From Pseudomonadota bacterium (GTDB lineage Bacteria; Pseudomonadota; Gammaproteobacteria; Pseudomonadales; UBA6940): a stretch of 64,000 nt of DNA. Below the pieces are notes generated by a model. The model made no database searches and was not told the origin of the DNA. It saw only the letters and a program-made list of their open reading frames with translations. Made by a program: the position numbers and the translations under genes. The stretch is taken from contig JAZKFP010000056.1 in assembly GCA_040386355.1 (NCBI GenBank), forward strand, positions 50,960 through 114,959. Reading direction: 5' to 3'. Shown piece by piece: positions 53,546-59,971 of this stretch (position 1 is the stretch's first letter; every line of letters begins with the position of its first letter).

Positions 53546-54498
53546 GCCACACCCCCAATCCGATCCGAGTAAATAACCTGGCCTTCAAAGCAATCGTTTT
53601 GGGCACCAAACACGGATGGATCAACGTAATTTTTAATATCGAAATTCGGGTCGGACATCATCGCCGCGAATTTTTCGTCGTCAGTCATCGGTTTTGCAGA
53701 ACCTAATTCGCCGACGTAGTTATTAAAATTTTCAGCACTGAAAATCGTCTTGGGTCGCAAGTACTCGTACATTTTCGGATTGGTTAGCCAGGCTTTGCAT
53801 TTCAAATCGATCACGGCCATCAGCGTGGTTTCTGTGTGTTTCTCACGTAATCGCCCTATGATTAAATTCAAATTCGCTTTGACGTGCTCGAATCGCTTAC
53901 CCGATTTTAAATTCAGGTAATCCAAGATGCGTTTTGCAGGAATTAAAAAATTATTTTGATTTTTTTGAGGGGGGTCGTCGGGTTCGCCCGACATATCAGT
54001 TTCTTTTTTTAAACCTTTTTCTAATTCTTCTCCTAAACCTTTACCTATACCTAATCCTTTACCTATACCTTTATGGTTGAACGTCTGTTGCAACGGATGT
54101 TGAACGCCCGTTGAACGTCCGTTGAACGCCTGTTGAGTTTGAGTTGAATTATCATCAGAATTATCAATTTTTCTTTTATTAGCAGAAGCACGACCAGCAG
54201 TAATAGCTTTCTCTAATTTGTCTTTTGCCTTTTCTAATTCAGCTTCGATGCGTTTATGTTGCCACTTACCGTCAACGACGTTGAAGAACTGTTGCAACGT
54301 CTGTTCAACGGATGCCCAACGTTCGTTGGAAAATCTGCAAATTCTTGCAAGTCTTTCAGGTTCAGCAGGCAATGCTTTTCCGATTTGCCAATACGCCATA
54401 ATTAAACGCATATAAGCTAAATCTTCATCATCGGTTAAATAGATTGTGTCTGATAAATAATCATTCACATAAAAAGGCATGTATGGAATTCTGCTCAT
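53542..54498 (-). CDS. Replication initiator-like protein (DUF1376/YdaU-like N-domain + conserved phage replication C-terminal domain), 318 aa
   Basis: - N-terminus MSRIPYMPFYVNDYLSDTIYLTDDEDLAYMRLIMAYWQ.
- C-terminus ..ILDYLNLKSGKRFEHVKANLNLIIGRLREKHTETTLMAVIDLKCKAWL..
- A GIGKGLGIGKGLG linker.
- The gene contains 11-bp-periodic iterons. Confidence 0.7.
   Translation of the reverse strand: MSRIPYMPFYVNDYLSDTIYLTDDEDLAYMRLIMAYWQIGKALPAEPERLARICRFSNERWASVEQTLQQFFNVVDGKWQHKRIEAELEKAKDKLEKAITAGRASANKRKIDNSDDNSTQTQQAFNGRSTGVQHPLQQTFNHKGIGKGLGIGKGLGEELEKGLKKETDMSGEPDDPPQKNQNNFLIPAKRILDYLNLKSGKRFEHVKANLNLIIGRLREKHTETTLMAVIDLKCKAWLTNPKMYEYLRPKTIFSAENFNNYVGELGSAKPMTDDEKFAAMMSDPNFDIKNYVDPSVFGAQNDCFEGQVIYSDRIGGVA
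54038..54073. repeat. 18-bp tandem duplication (CCTTTACCTATACCTAAT x2, encodes GIGKGL GIGKGL)
   Basis: 54038-54055 and 54056-54073, directly abutting the iteron array. Confidence 0.8.
54076..54148. repeat. Iteron array: 7 copies of GTTGAACG-like 8-mers at 11-12-bp spacing (candidate ori)
   Basis: Repeat starts at 54076, 54087 (GTTGCAACG), 54099, 54110, 54121, 54132 (GTTGAG) and 54143 (GTTGAA). The spacing is not a multiple of 3. An AT-rich stretch follows. Confidence 0.75.
54271..54321. repeat. Second, looser cluster of G(T)TNAACG-like motifs at about 10-12-bp spacing
   Basis: GTCAACG 54271, GTTGAAG 54280, GTTGCAACG 54291, GTTCAACG 54303, CCCAACG 54315. It shares AACGTCTGTT(G)CAACGGATG with the first array. 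Confidence 0.55.
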
Positions 54499-54860
54499 TT
54501 GCCACCTCTAAAATTAAATACATTTGAGGTGACTTCGATAGATTTTTTTACGCGCAAATCTGAGGTTTGCAAACGCTTTGAAACGCTTACGATTTCTTCT
54601 AACTTAATGTTGGCGCATGAGATAAAATTAGAAATATCATGGCTTTGGTATAATTTTGTTGCACTGCTAAAATTTGCGAATGGACTTATACGGTAGGTAT
54701 CTAAATCGCCATCGATTAAAAATATCAACGCCAATTTGTATCTCTCTTTTATTTTTAATAGAAATACAGCCCGTCTAAAAAACACAAGATCAATTAAATC
54801 TCTAGTTTCGTATTTAACTCTTATTCTTAAAGCCTTGAATTCTTCAGTGATGTCGTTCAT
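54495..54860 (-). CDS. Hypothetical protein (121 aa)
   Basis: Track ORF, overlapping the replication gene start by 4 nt. Confidence 0.65.
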   Translation of the reverse strand: MNDITEEFKALRIRVKYETRDLIDLVFFRRAVFLLKIKERYKLALIFLIDGDLDTYRISPFANFSSATKLYQSHDISNFISCANIKLEEIVSVSKRLQTSDLRVKKSIEVTSNVFNFRGGK

Positions 54861-54888
54861 ACTTTCTCCCGTGATCGTTTGTAGTGAA

Positions 54889-54925
54889 AACCCGCCATTG
54901 ACCTTTCCCGTCCGGCGGGTTTTTT
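54889..54925. terminator. GC-rich hairpin between the CsrA-like gene and downstream early genes (terminator/attenuator-like)
   Basis: AACCCGCC (54889-54896) pairs with GGCGGGTT (54914-54921) around a 17-nt loop. The plus strand has T5 after the stem. The minus (transcribed) strand has UUUUC. Confidence 0.45.
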
Positions 54926-54930
54926 ATCGG

Positions 54931-55101
54931 TTAAACTTTCTCTTTCGGTACTCGCACAACTGCATTACTTCGTAAAAATGGAACTTCTTTATCCGCAATA
55001 CATCCAACTCGTACTTTCTTATCTGTAACGCTTAAAACTTTAATTTCTATATCGTTTCCGATCGTTACTGATTGGCCTGGCTTGAGCAGTAAAATCAACA
55101 T
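54931..55101 (-). CDS. csrA: CsrA/RsmA-family RNA-binding protein paralogue (56 aa); not in ORF track
   Basis: RBS GGAGG. MLILLLKPGQSVTIGNDIEIKVLSVTDKKVRVGCIADKEVPFLRSNAVVRVPKEKV* aligns by eye with E. coli CsrA [47 protein letters not shown]. Matches include Leu4, the IG.D(I/V) core, VR(I/V)G, and Arg at position 44. Confidence 0.8.
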   Translation of the reverse strand: MLILLLKPGQSVTIGNDIEIKVLSVTDKKVRVGCIADKEVPFLRSNAVVRVPKEKV

Positions 55102-55178
55102 AAAACCTCCATGTTTTTGTTATTTAATTTAAATAGTCAGAGGCTCAGTGACCGCCACGATCTTTTATGAGCCCCCGT

Positions 55179-55421
55179 CTATTTAAAAAATATTTCGCGT
55201 TCTAGTAGTAATTTTTTGCGATATGCATTGCCACCGACGACAAAACTATTCATCAGTTTTTCTTTACCGATTAACCGAAAATCCAGGTCAAGATCGTGAT
55301 TAGTGCCATGGCAAAAATCAGAAAAATATTCAGAAATGAAATGAGAATCCCCATTAAATTGAGCATTGATTGCATCCATGTTTATCTTTTTTTCCATAAA
55401 AATAGCTTTCTCAGCTATCAT
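55179..55421 (-). CDS. Hypothetical protein (80 aa)
   Basis: Track ORF, second gene of the early operon. Confidence 0.6.
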   Translation of the reverse strand: MIAEKAIFMEKKINMDAINAQFNGDSHFISEYFSDFCHGTNHDLDLDFRLIGKEKLMNSFVVGGNAYRKKLLLEREIFFK

Positions 55422-55460
55422 TCCCGCAAATAAAAAAGCCCGAGCAAATTTATAGGTTGC

Positions 55461-55670
55461 TCAGGCGGTAGTTTTTTCTTTATATTTCTCTAAGACGTTA
55501 TTTAACGCCGTATATAAGTCGTAACGGCAAGACTTGAATAATCCCCTTTCAAGTCTGCTAATGGTTGCTTGAGTGCAACCTACATCTTCAGCGCATACAA
55601 GATTACTAATCTCGTTTTGACTGAGACCTAAGTTTCTAAGTTGTTGAACTATCTGCGTTGGTTTTATCAT
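55461..55670 (-). CDS. Cro-like HTH repressor (69 aa)
   Basis: Track ORF 55461-55772 trimmed to Met35 (the upstream part would be translated from the operator region). ..LRNLGLSQNEISNLVCAEDVGCTQATISRLERG.. is an HTH. It is divergent from the cI-like gene. Confidence 0.75.
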   Translation of the reverse strand: MIKPTQIVQQLRNLGLSQNEISNLVCAEDVGCTQATISRLERGLFKSCRYDLYTALNNVLEKYKEKTTA

Positions 55671-55676
55671 TCCTTG

Positions 55677-55705
55677 ATAGTAATACCCGCGCGTATATTC
55701 GTCAA
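55677..55705 (-). promoter_or_regulatory. PR-like early promoter (drives cro-like operon), apparently leaderless
   Basis: Minus strand: TTGACG (55705-55700), a 17-nt spacer, then TACTAT (55682-55677). The A of the cro ATG is the 7th nt after the -10. Operators O1 and O2 overlap the spacer and the -35. Confidence 0.6.
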
Positions 55706-55744
55706 TACTTGTATGTATTTTTATTAACCGATACTTTGACGTAT
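55683..55744. promoter_or_regulatory. Right operator triplet: three 14-bp ATAC-N6-GTAT sites
   Basis: O1 ATACCCGCGCGTAT 55683-55696. O2 ATACTTGTATGTAT 55705-55718. O3 ATACTTTGACGTAT 55731-55744. All lie between the divergent cro-like and cI-like genes. Confidence 0.8.
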
Positions 55745-55747
55745 ATT
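55719..55747 (+). promoter_or_regulatory. PRM-like maintenance promoter for the cI-like gene, apparently leaderless
   Basis: -10 TATATT (55742-55747) overlaps O3. The -35 is poor (TTTTAT 55719-55724) and abuts O2. The A of the cI ATG (55754) is the 7th nt after the -10. Confidence 0.45.
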
Positions 55748-55753
55748 TCGGCC

Positions 55754-56473
55754 ATGAAAAAACTACGATCATTTAGCCAAGCAATTTTAATTCTTGCGCG
55801 TCGCCTTCCGGCCGTCGTCAATCCTGATGGGTCTATCAATAAAACTGAGCTTGCTAAGCTGGCGGGTCTCAACCAACCCACTATGCAAAGAATATTGAAG
55901 GAAGGTGAACAGAAAACGATAAGCACTGCCTCAAGAGATAGGCTTGCAAAGTTGCTTAAATGCACGCCTGGCCAGATTGAAGGTATAGAACCGATACCTG
56001 AAATTGATGGTGACCTACCAACAAATAGTGCCGCAGATTATTTTACTGAATTTGTTACAAAAAATGCTTTGACAGCTACTAGCATTCCTATGTTATATCT
56101 GACCGAATTATCAGGAGTTGATAGTTCTCACGCAGCACAAGAACTGCGGAAGGATAAAACAAGGAAGATGTTACCTATGCCAATTACTTTGGGCTTATCT
56201 GAATCAGCTTTTTTGCTGGTCATTGATGAAAAAATTGAAACCGAAAAATTTATGACAGGCGAATCTGTTGTTATAGATCCTGAAGCAGTCCCTAAGACTG
56301 GAGGCTACGTATTAATAAAAGTCGAAGATGCCTTGATAGCCGTGTTTCGATCTGCAAAGACTGATAGCGGTTATAGATTTATTCCTGAAAGTAATCTCTT
56401 CCAAGAAATACATATGAATAGCCTTGAATGGCCATTTATAGGGGTTTGTCGTGCTGGATTAAGAGAGTTTTAA
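55754..56473 (+). CDS. cI-like repressor: N-terminal HTH + C-terminal S24/LexA-like domain (239 aa)
   Basis: Track ORF 55658-56473 trimmed to Met33. ..INKTELAKLAGLNQPTMQRILKEG.. is an HTH. The C-terminal beta-rich part ..FMTGESVVIDPEAVPKTGGYVLIKVEDALIAVFRS.. resembles the S24 autopeptidase fold, though the catalytic residues are not certain. Confidence 0.7.
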   Translation: MKKLRSFSQAILILARRLPAVVNPDGSINKTELAKLAGLNQPTMQRILKEGEQKTISTASRDRLAKLLKCTPGQIEGIEPIPEIDGDLPTNSAADYFTEFVTKNALTATSIPMLYLTELSGVDSSHAAQELRKDKTRKMLPMPITLGLSESAFLLVIDEKIETEKFMTGESVVIDPEAVPKTGGYVLIKVEDALIAVFRSAKTDSGYRFIPESNLFQEIHMNSLEWPFIGVCRAGLREF

Positions 56474-56489
56474 TTTATTAAGGAATGTC

Positions 56490-56768
56490 ATGGATGACGA
56501 TGACGATGACGATTTTTTTGGCCGCAACCCAGCAACTCTTGATGATTTAGATTCAGAATTAACCGATATAAAGAACAATATCCATTATTTACGAAGCGAC
56601 TTAAAAGAATTCTCGGAAAAAAGCCGAGAGCTTAACGGTTATTCATTAAGTTCAATTACAGATCTACTCCTGTCGATCAATAATAATATTGCAACCGCCG
56701 CGAATCTCTTACTTTTTATCTGTGTGATGATCTGTGTGATTTTCGGGTTTATTTTCATAAAGTTGTAA
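56490..56768 (+). CDS. Tail-anchored membrane protein with poly-Asp N-terminus (92 aa)
   Basis: MDDDDDDDFFG.., a coiled-coil middle, and a C-terminal TM LLLFICVMICVIFGFIFI. It starts 17 nt after the cI stop. Confidence 0.65.
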   Translation: MDDDDDDDFFGRNPATLDDLDSELTDIKNNIHYLRSDLKEFSEKSRELNGYSLSSITDLLLSINNNIATAANLLLFICVMICVIFGFIFIKL

Positions 56769-56795
56769 AATTAAAAGATTAACTAAGGATTTGGT

Positions 56796-57131
56796 ATGAG
56801 TGAGCAAGATCAGTTTGAAGTGCCTTTTGAGAAGTCGCCTACGTTAGAGCCAACTACTTTTAAAGATGTACTTTTTAGTCAGCTGCCGAATAAAGCTGGG
56901 TATCTTCTTTCTTTCTACATTGAAAGCTTAGATATTATTTCTACAGTCTTTGAAAAAGAGAGCGAAAGAAAATTTAAAACAAAAGAGTACAATATTAATC
57001 CACAGCGGCGGATAGTATCGCAATTACTAGCAAATGATGACGCAATGAAAAATCTTACGAGCATCTGTATTGATTGGGCAAAACGGACTCATCAAGAAGA
57101 GCTGTTATCTGAACTTCTTAACCATACCTAA
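56796..57131 (+). CDS. Hypothetical soluble protein (111 aa)
   Basis: RBS AAGGA. Middle gene of the cI-linked trio. Confidence 0.65.
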   Translation: MSEQDQFEVPFEKSPTLEPTTFKDVLFSQLPNKAGYLLSFYIESLDIISTVFEKESERKFKTKEYNINPQRRIVSQLLANDDAMKNLTSICIDWAKRTHQEELLSELLNHT

Positions 57132-57151
57132 ACTATTTTAAATAGCTTCAT

Positions 57152-57778
57152 ATGCAGCAATATACAATTGATACATCAAAACCATTAGACACTACACTTA
57201 TAAGTAGCTTTTCCAGTGACACTTATGCAATATCCTCTTCCGATGTAAGACATGAAGAATTAGATCGTCTTTACTTAATTGATAGTGCCCTTTTAGCGAA
57301 AGGAACCATCTATATGGGCAATCGATCAAGAAAGATGTATAAACCAGAATCAGAAATAGATAAAACAGGTGAGCTTCTATCACAAATAAGTGATGAGGAT
57401 ACAGCGATGACAGCACTGATAATTTCGAAAATTGATGAACTTAAATCTGATTTAAAGAATGAGCTACATGCTGTAGAAGGTAGGCTAAATACCGCCATTC
57501 ATACCTTAAAAATTGATTTAAACAAATCAATTGATGATTGTAAAACCGAGATTGGAAAATCAGAAGGAAGGCTTGAAGGCAATCTTAAAAACACGAAAGA
57601 TGATTTACAAAGATTCATTGGCATTCTAGTAGTGATCGCCATAGCTGCTTTTGGTGGATTGGCTGTATGGACTAAAGATTCAAATGGATCTTCGGTTGAG
57701 TCAGTTGAAGCTTCAAATGCTAATTTAGAAACAATAGCAAAATCATTGGTTGATATAAAAAGGTCTGTTGATAAATAA
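57152..57778 (+). CDS. Coiled-coil protein with C-terminal TM anchor (208 aa), XhlA/DUF1640-like architecture
   Basis: Heptad-rich ..ISKIDELKSDLKNELHAVEGRLNTAIHTLKIDLNKSIDDCKTEIGKSEGRLEGNLKNTKDDLQRF followed by the TM IGILVVIAIAAFGGLAVW. The likeness is in architecture only. Confidence 0.6.
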   Translation: MQQYTIDTSKPLDTTLISSFSSDTYAISSSDVRHEELDRLYLIDSALLAKGTIYMGNRSRKMYKPESEIDKTGELLSQISDEDTAMTALIISKIDELKSDLKNELHAVEGRLNTAIHTLKIDLNKSIDDCKTEIGKSEGRLEGNLKNTKDDLQRFIGILVVIAIAAFGGLAVWTKDSNGSSVESVEASNANLETIAKSLVDIKRSVDK

Positions 57779-57794
57779 TTAATGAAATCCAATC

Positions 57795-57819
57795 AAACCG
57801 CCCTCTTGGCGGTTTTTTT
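57795..57819 (+). terminator. Intrinsic terminator ending the cI operon
   Basis: AAACCGCC-CTCTT-GGCGGTTT followed by a T-run. Confidence 0.8.
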
Positions 57820-57833
57820 ATGCCTAAATTTTA

Positions 57834-57891
57834 GCGGCTAGAGCTGTTGGCCGCACAACTCAGAGCTAGCCCCCTAGCTGTCAACCTAGCC
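57834..57891. other. GC-rich block with two hairpins and a motif shared with the 188-nt element
   Basis: GCGGC(57834-38)/GCCGC(57850-54). AGCTAG-CCCC-CTAGCT (57864-57879). TTGGCCGCACAAC (57847-59) and CAACCTAGCC (57882-91) match CTGGCCTACACAACCTAGCC at 62029-62048. Confidence 0.6.
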
Positions 57892-57959
57892 TGTAAAAAC
57901 TACTTATAACCCTATCAGAACTTATTATATAGTTACGGTCATTTATTTAATTAAATAAA

Positions 57960-58030
57960 TACGTACGCGTATTGCTAATAATAATACTTGCACGTATAGT
58001 TAACTCATCGAAGCAATACACAAACGTATC
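57960..58030. promoter_or_regulatory. Left operator triplet: three more ATAC-N6-GTAT sites
   Basis: ATACGTACGCGTAT 57960-57973. ATACTTGCACGTAT 57985-57998. ATACACAAACGTAT 58017-58030. All lie upstream of the recombination operon. Confidence 0.8.
57973..58001 (+). promoter_or_regulatory. PL-like promoter of the recombination/early-left operon
   Basis: TTGCTA (57973-57978), a 17-nt spacer, then TATAGT (57996-58001). The middle operator overlaps the spacer and the -10. Confidence 0.55.
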
Positions 58031-58056
58031 AATCAATAACGGCAAGGACTACAGCC

Positions 58057-58275
58057 ATGAACATCTCAACTGAACGTAAATCAGGTTACACGATGGAAGA
58101 AATGGACGCAATTCTCGAAGCCAATAATGAATCGATTCCCGAAGAAAATATGGACGATTTAATGCGCGGTGCACAGCACTTAAATGAAAAGATTAATTGT
58201 TTCTTAGCAGGGTTAGCATTAGGCGCAGCTTCGATTGTTTTTGTTGCAACGTACATTTTCCCAATTCAAATGTGA
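58057..58275 (+). CDS. Small protein with C-terminal TM helix (72 aa)
   Basis: RBS AAGGA. ..FLAGLALGAASIVFVATYIF.. Confidence 0.65.
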   Translation: MNISTERKSGYTMEEMDAILEANNESIPEENMDDLMRGAQHLNEKINCFLAGLALGAASIVFVATYIFPIQM

Positions 58276-58284
58276 GTTAAGAAA

Positions 58285-58563
58285 ATGAGAATCGATTTAA
58301 CAGATGAAACAGAAATACCGATTCATCAAGCATTGTTTAATGCAATTGATCCTGAAGAAGAATTTGATTGTACGTTTTGCAGATTTTACAAAGAAAGCCC
58401 GAATTACGACGAATTTGGATATGAATTAGAACCCGATAGAACTTGTATAAATAGAAATTATTTATTGTGTGAATCAGTAAATAGAAAAATGAAAGAAGCA
58501 ATGAAAGAAATTAACGAAGCAAGAAAATCTAAAGGCATGAAAGTTAGCGAGTTATTTATATGA
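58285..58563 (+). CDS. Hypothetical protein (92 aa)
   Basis: Track ORF, co-oriented. Confidence 0.65.
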   Translation: MRIDLTDETEIPIHQALFNAIDPEEEFDCTFCRFYKESPNYDEFGYELEPDRTCINRNYLLCESVNRKMKEAMKEINEARKSKGMKVSELFI

Positions 58564-58754
58564 AACTATTAAACAGACCGCTGTATTGCTTGTACTTCAT
58601 CATGCTTTTTTGCGTAGAAGTTATTTTTCAAATACGTAATTTCGCTATTCAAAAATTAAAAACAAGAATTAGCACAAGAAAATTAATTTTAAGGCAGCTC
58701 AATAATATCGCACGTCAACAAGAACTTAAACGAAGAATGGAGAAATTAGGATGA
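58560..58754 (+). CDS. Hypothetical basic protein (64 aa)
   Basis: Track ORF, ATGA-coupled. Confidence 0.55.
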   Translation: MKLLNRPLYCLYFIMLFCVEVIFQIRNFAIQKLKTRISTRKLILRQLNNIARQQELKRRMEKLG

Positions 58755-59005
58755 TAAACGAACACAACGAACAGCCCTTAGAGGAAGTAGCAGAGCTAGA
58801 ACAACGGTTACATGCCGTTGAAATAAATATGGTTGATTTTTCTAACGTATTAAATGCAATAGGAAATTTAAACAATCACGCTAAATATTTTATTCAGCCA
58901 AATCTCAATCAGCTCAATAGGGATAGAGAGCAAATACAAAAACGTTTAGGGCAAATCAAACCAACGGAAGGAGAAGCAGACAATGGACAACGTACAGAGC
59001 ATTGA
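58751..59005 (+). CDS. Hypothetical protein (84 aa)
   Basis: Track ORF, coupled. Confidence 0.6.
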   Translation: MINEHNEQPLEEVAELEQRLHAVEINMVDFSNVLNAIGNLNNHAKYFIQPNLNQLNRDREQIQKRLGQIKPTEGEADNGQRTEH

Positions 59006-59234
59006 CGGAAGCGTAGTAATTAAAAACGAAATTGAGTTGAAGAATGAAATGATTCTAACGCTTGACTCATTAATATTGGCTCATTTTGAAATTAATAAAA
59101 TCATTACTGAATCGGTTGGTATTTTTAAACGGCTTCAGAGATTAACAAGAAATGAGCTTAATCTGCTGAATATTAAAGAAGCAAATCGGATTAAAAATCT
59201 AGATGAGTTCACAGGTCGGGAGATTAATTACTGA
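58983..59234 (+). CDS. Hypothetical protein (83 aa)
   Basis: RBS AAGGAG 9 nt upstream. Confidence 0.6.
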   Translation: MDNVQSIDGSVVIKNEIELKNEMILTLDSLILAHFEINKIITESVGIFKRLQRLTRNELNLLNIKEANRIKNLDEFTGREINY

Positions 59235-59968
59235 TGAAACTCACAAATGAGCAGTATCACGCAGATCGGGAGCACGTTTCTAAAACGTGGCTAGACAAGA
59301 TTAATAAGTCCCCTGCTCATTTGTATGAATATTTAAACGAAGAGCCAAAGGAAAAAACAGAAGCATTAATTTTTGGTGGTTTATTACACGAAATGGTTCT
59401 TGAACAGCATCACGAAAACTATGTTTTACCACCAAAAATTAATCGAAGGACAAAAGATGGAAAAGTTGAATGGACGGATTTTGTAGCATCCATAGGCAAT
59501 AAACAAATTATTACCCAAGAGATGTTAGATAAAGCTGAAAAAATGCGTCTTTCAATTTTCCAAAACAAATTTGCAAAAAGCTTATTAAGAAAAGGCGACC
59601 CTGAACAAACCGTATTTTACAAAGATGAGTCTGGCGTGTTGTGTAAAGCACGTGCGGATTGGGTTAGTGAGAATGGCACAGTTGATTTAAAAACAACGCT
59701 AGATGCAAGCCACGAAGGATTTAAAAGAGCACTTCGTAAATATCGCTACAACGTACAAGCGGCGCATTACGAGCAAGGTTTTAATGTAGGTGAATTCATA
59801 TTTATCGCAATTGAAAAAGAACCGCCCTACTGTTGCGCCGTATATAGGACAAGCGCTTCATCTTTTTACGAAGGCAAAGAAGAAAGAAAAAGAAATCTTG
59901 AAACGTATATCGAATGCAAAGAAAAAAACGAATGGCCAGGTTATCCCGAAATTATTCAAGAGGTTTAG
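59234..59968 (+). CDS. PD-(D/E)XK family exonuclease (RecB/Cas4-like fold; RecT partner)
   Basis: ..FGGLLHEMVLE.., ..CKARADWVSENGTVDLKTT.. (D...D/E-x-K), ..YRYNVQAAHYEQGF... It lies immediately upstream of recT. Confidence 0.8.
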   Translation: MKLTNEQYHADREHVSKTWLDKINKSPAHLYEYLNEEPKEKTEALIFGGLLHEMVLEQHHENYVLPPKINRRTKDGKVEWTDFVASIGNKQIITQEMLDKAEKMRLSIFQNKFAKSLLRKGDPEQTVFYKDESGVLCKARADWVSENGTVDLKTTLDASHEGFKRALRKYRYNVQAAHYEQGFNVGEFIFIAIEKEPPYCCAVYRTSASSFYEGKEERKRNLETYIECKEKNEWPGYPEIIQEV

Positions 59969-59971
59969 AAA

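Noticed and set aside
55658-55772. N-terminal extensions of track ORFs 55658-56473 (+) and 55461-55772 (-)
   Set aside because: Each extension is read straight through the divergent promoter/operator region and across the other gene's start. Internal Met codons at 55754 and 55670 give standard HTH proteins and sit 7 nt after -10 hexamers.
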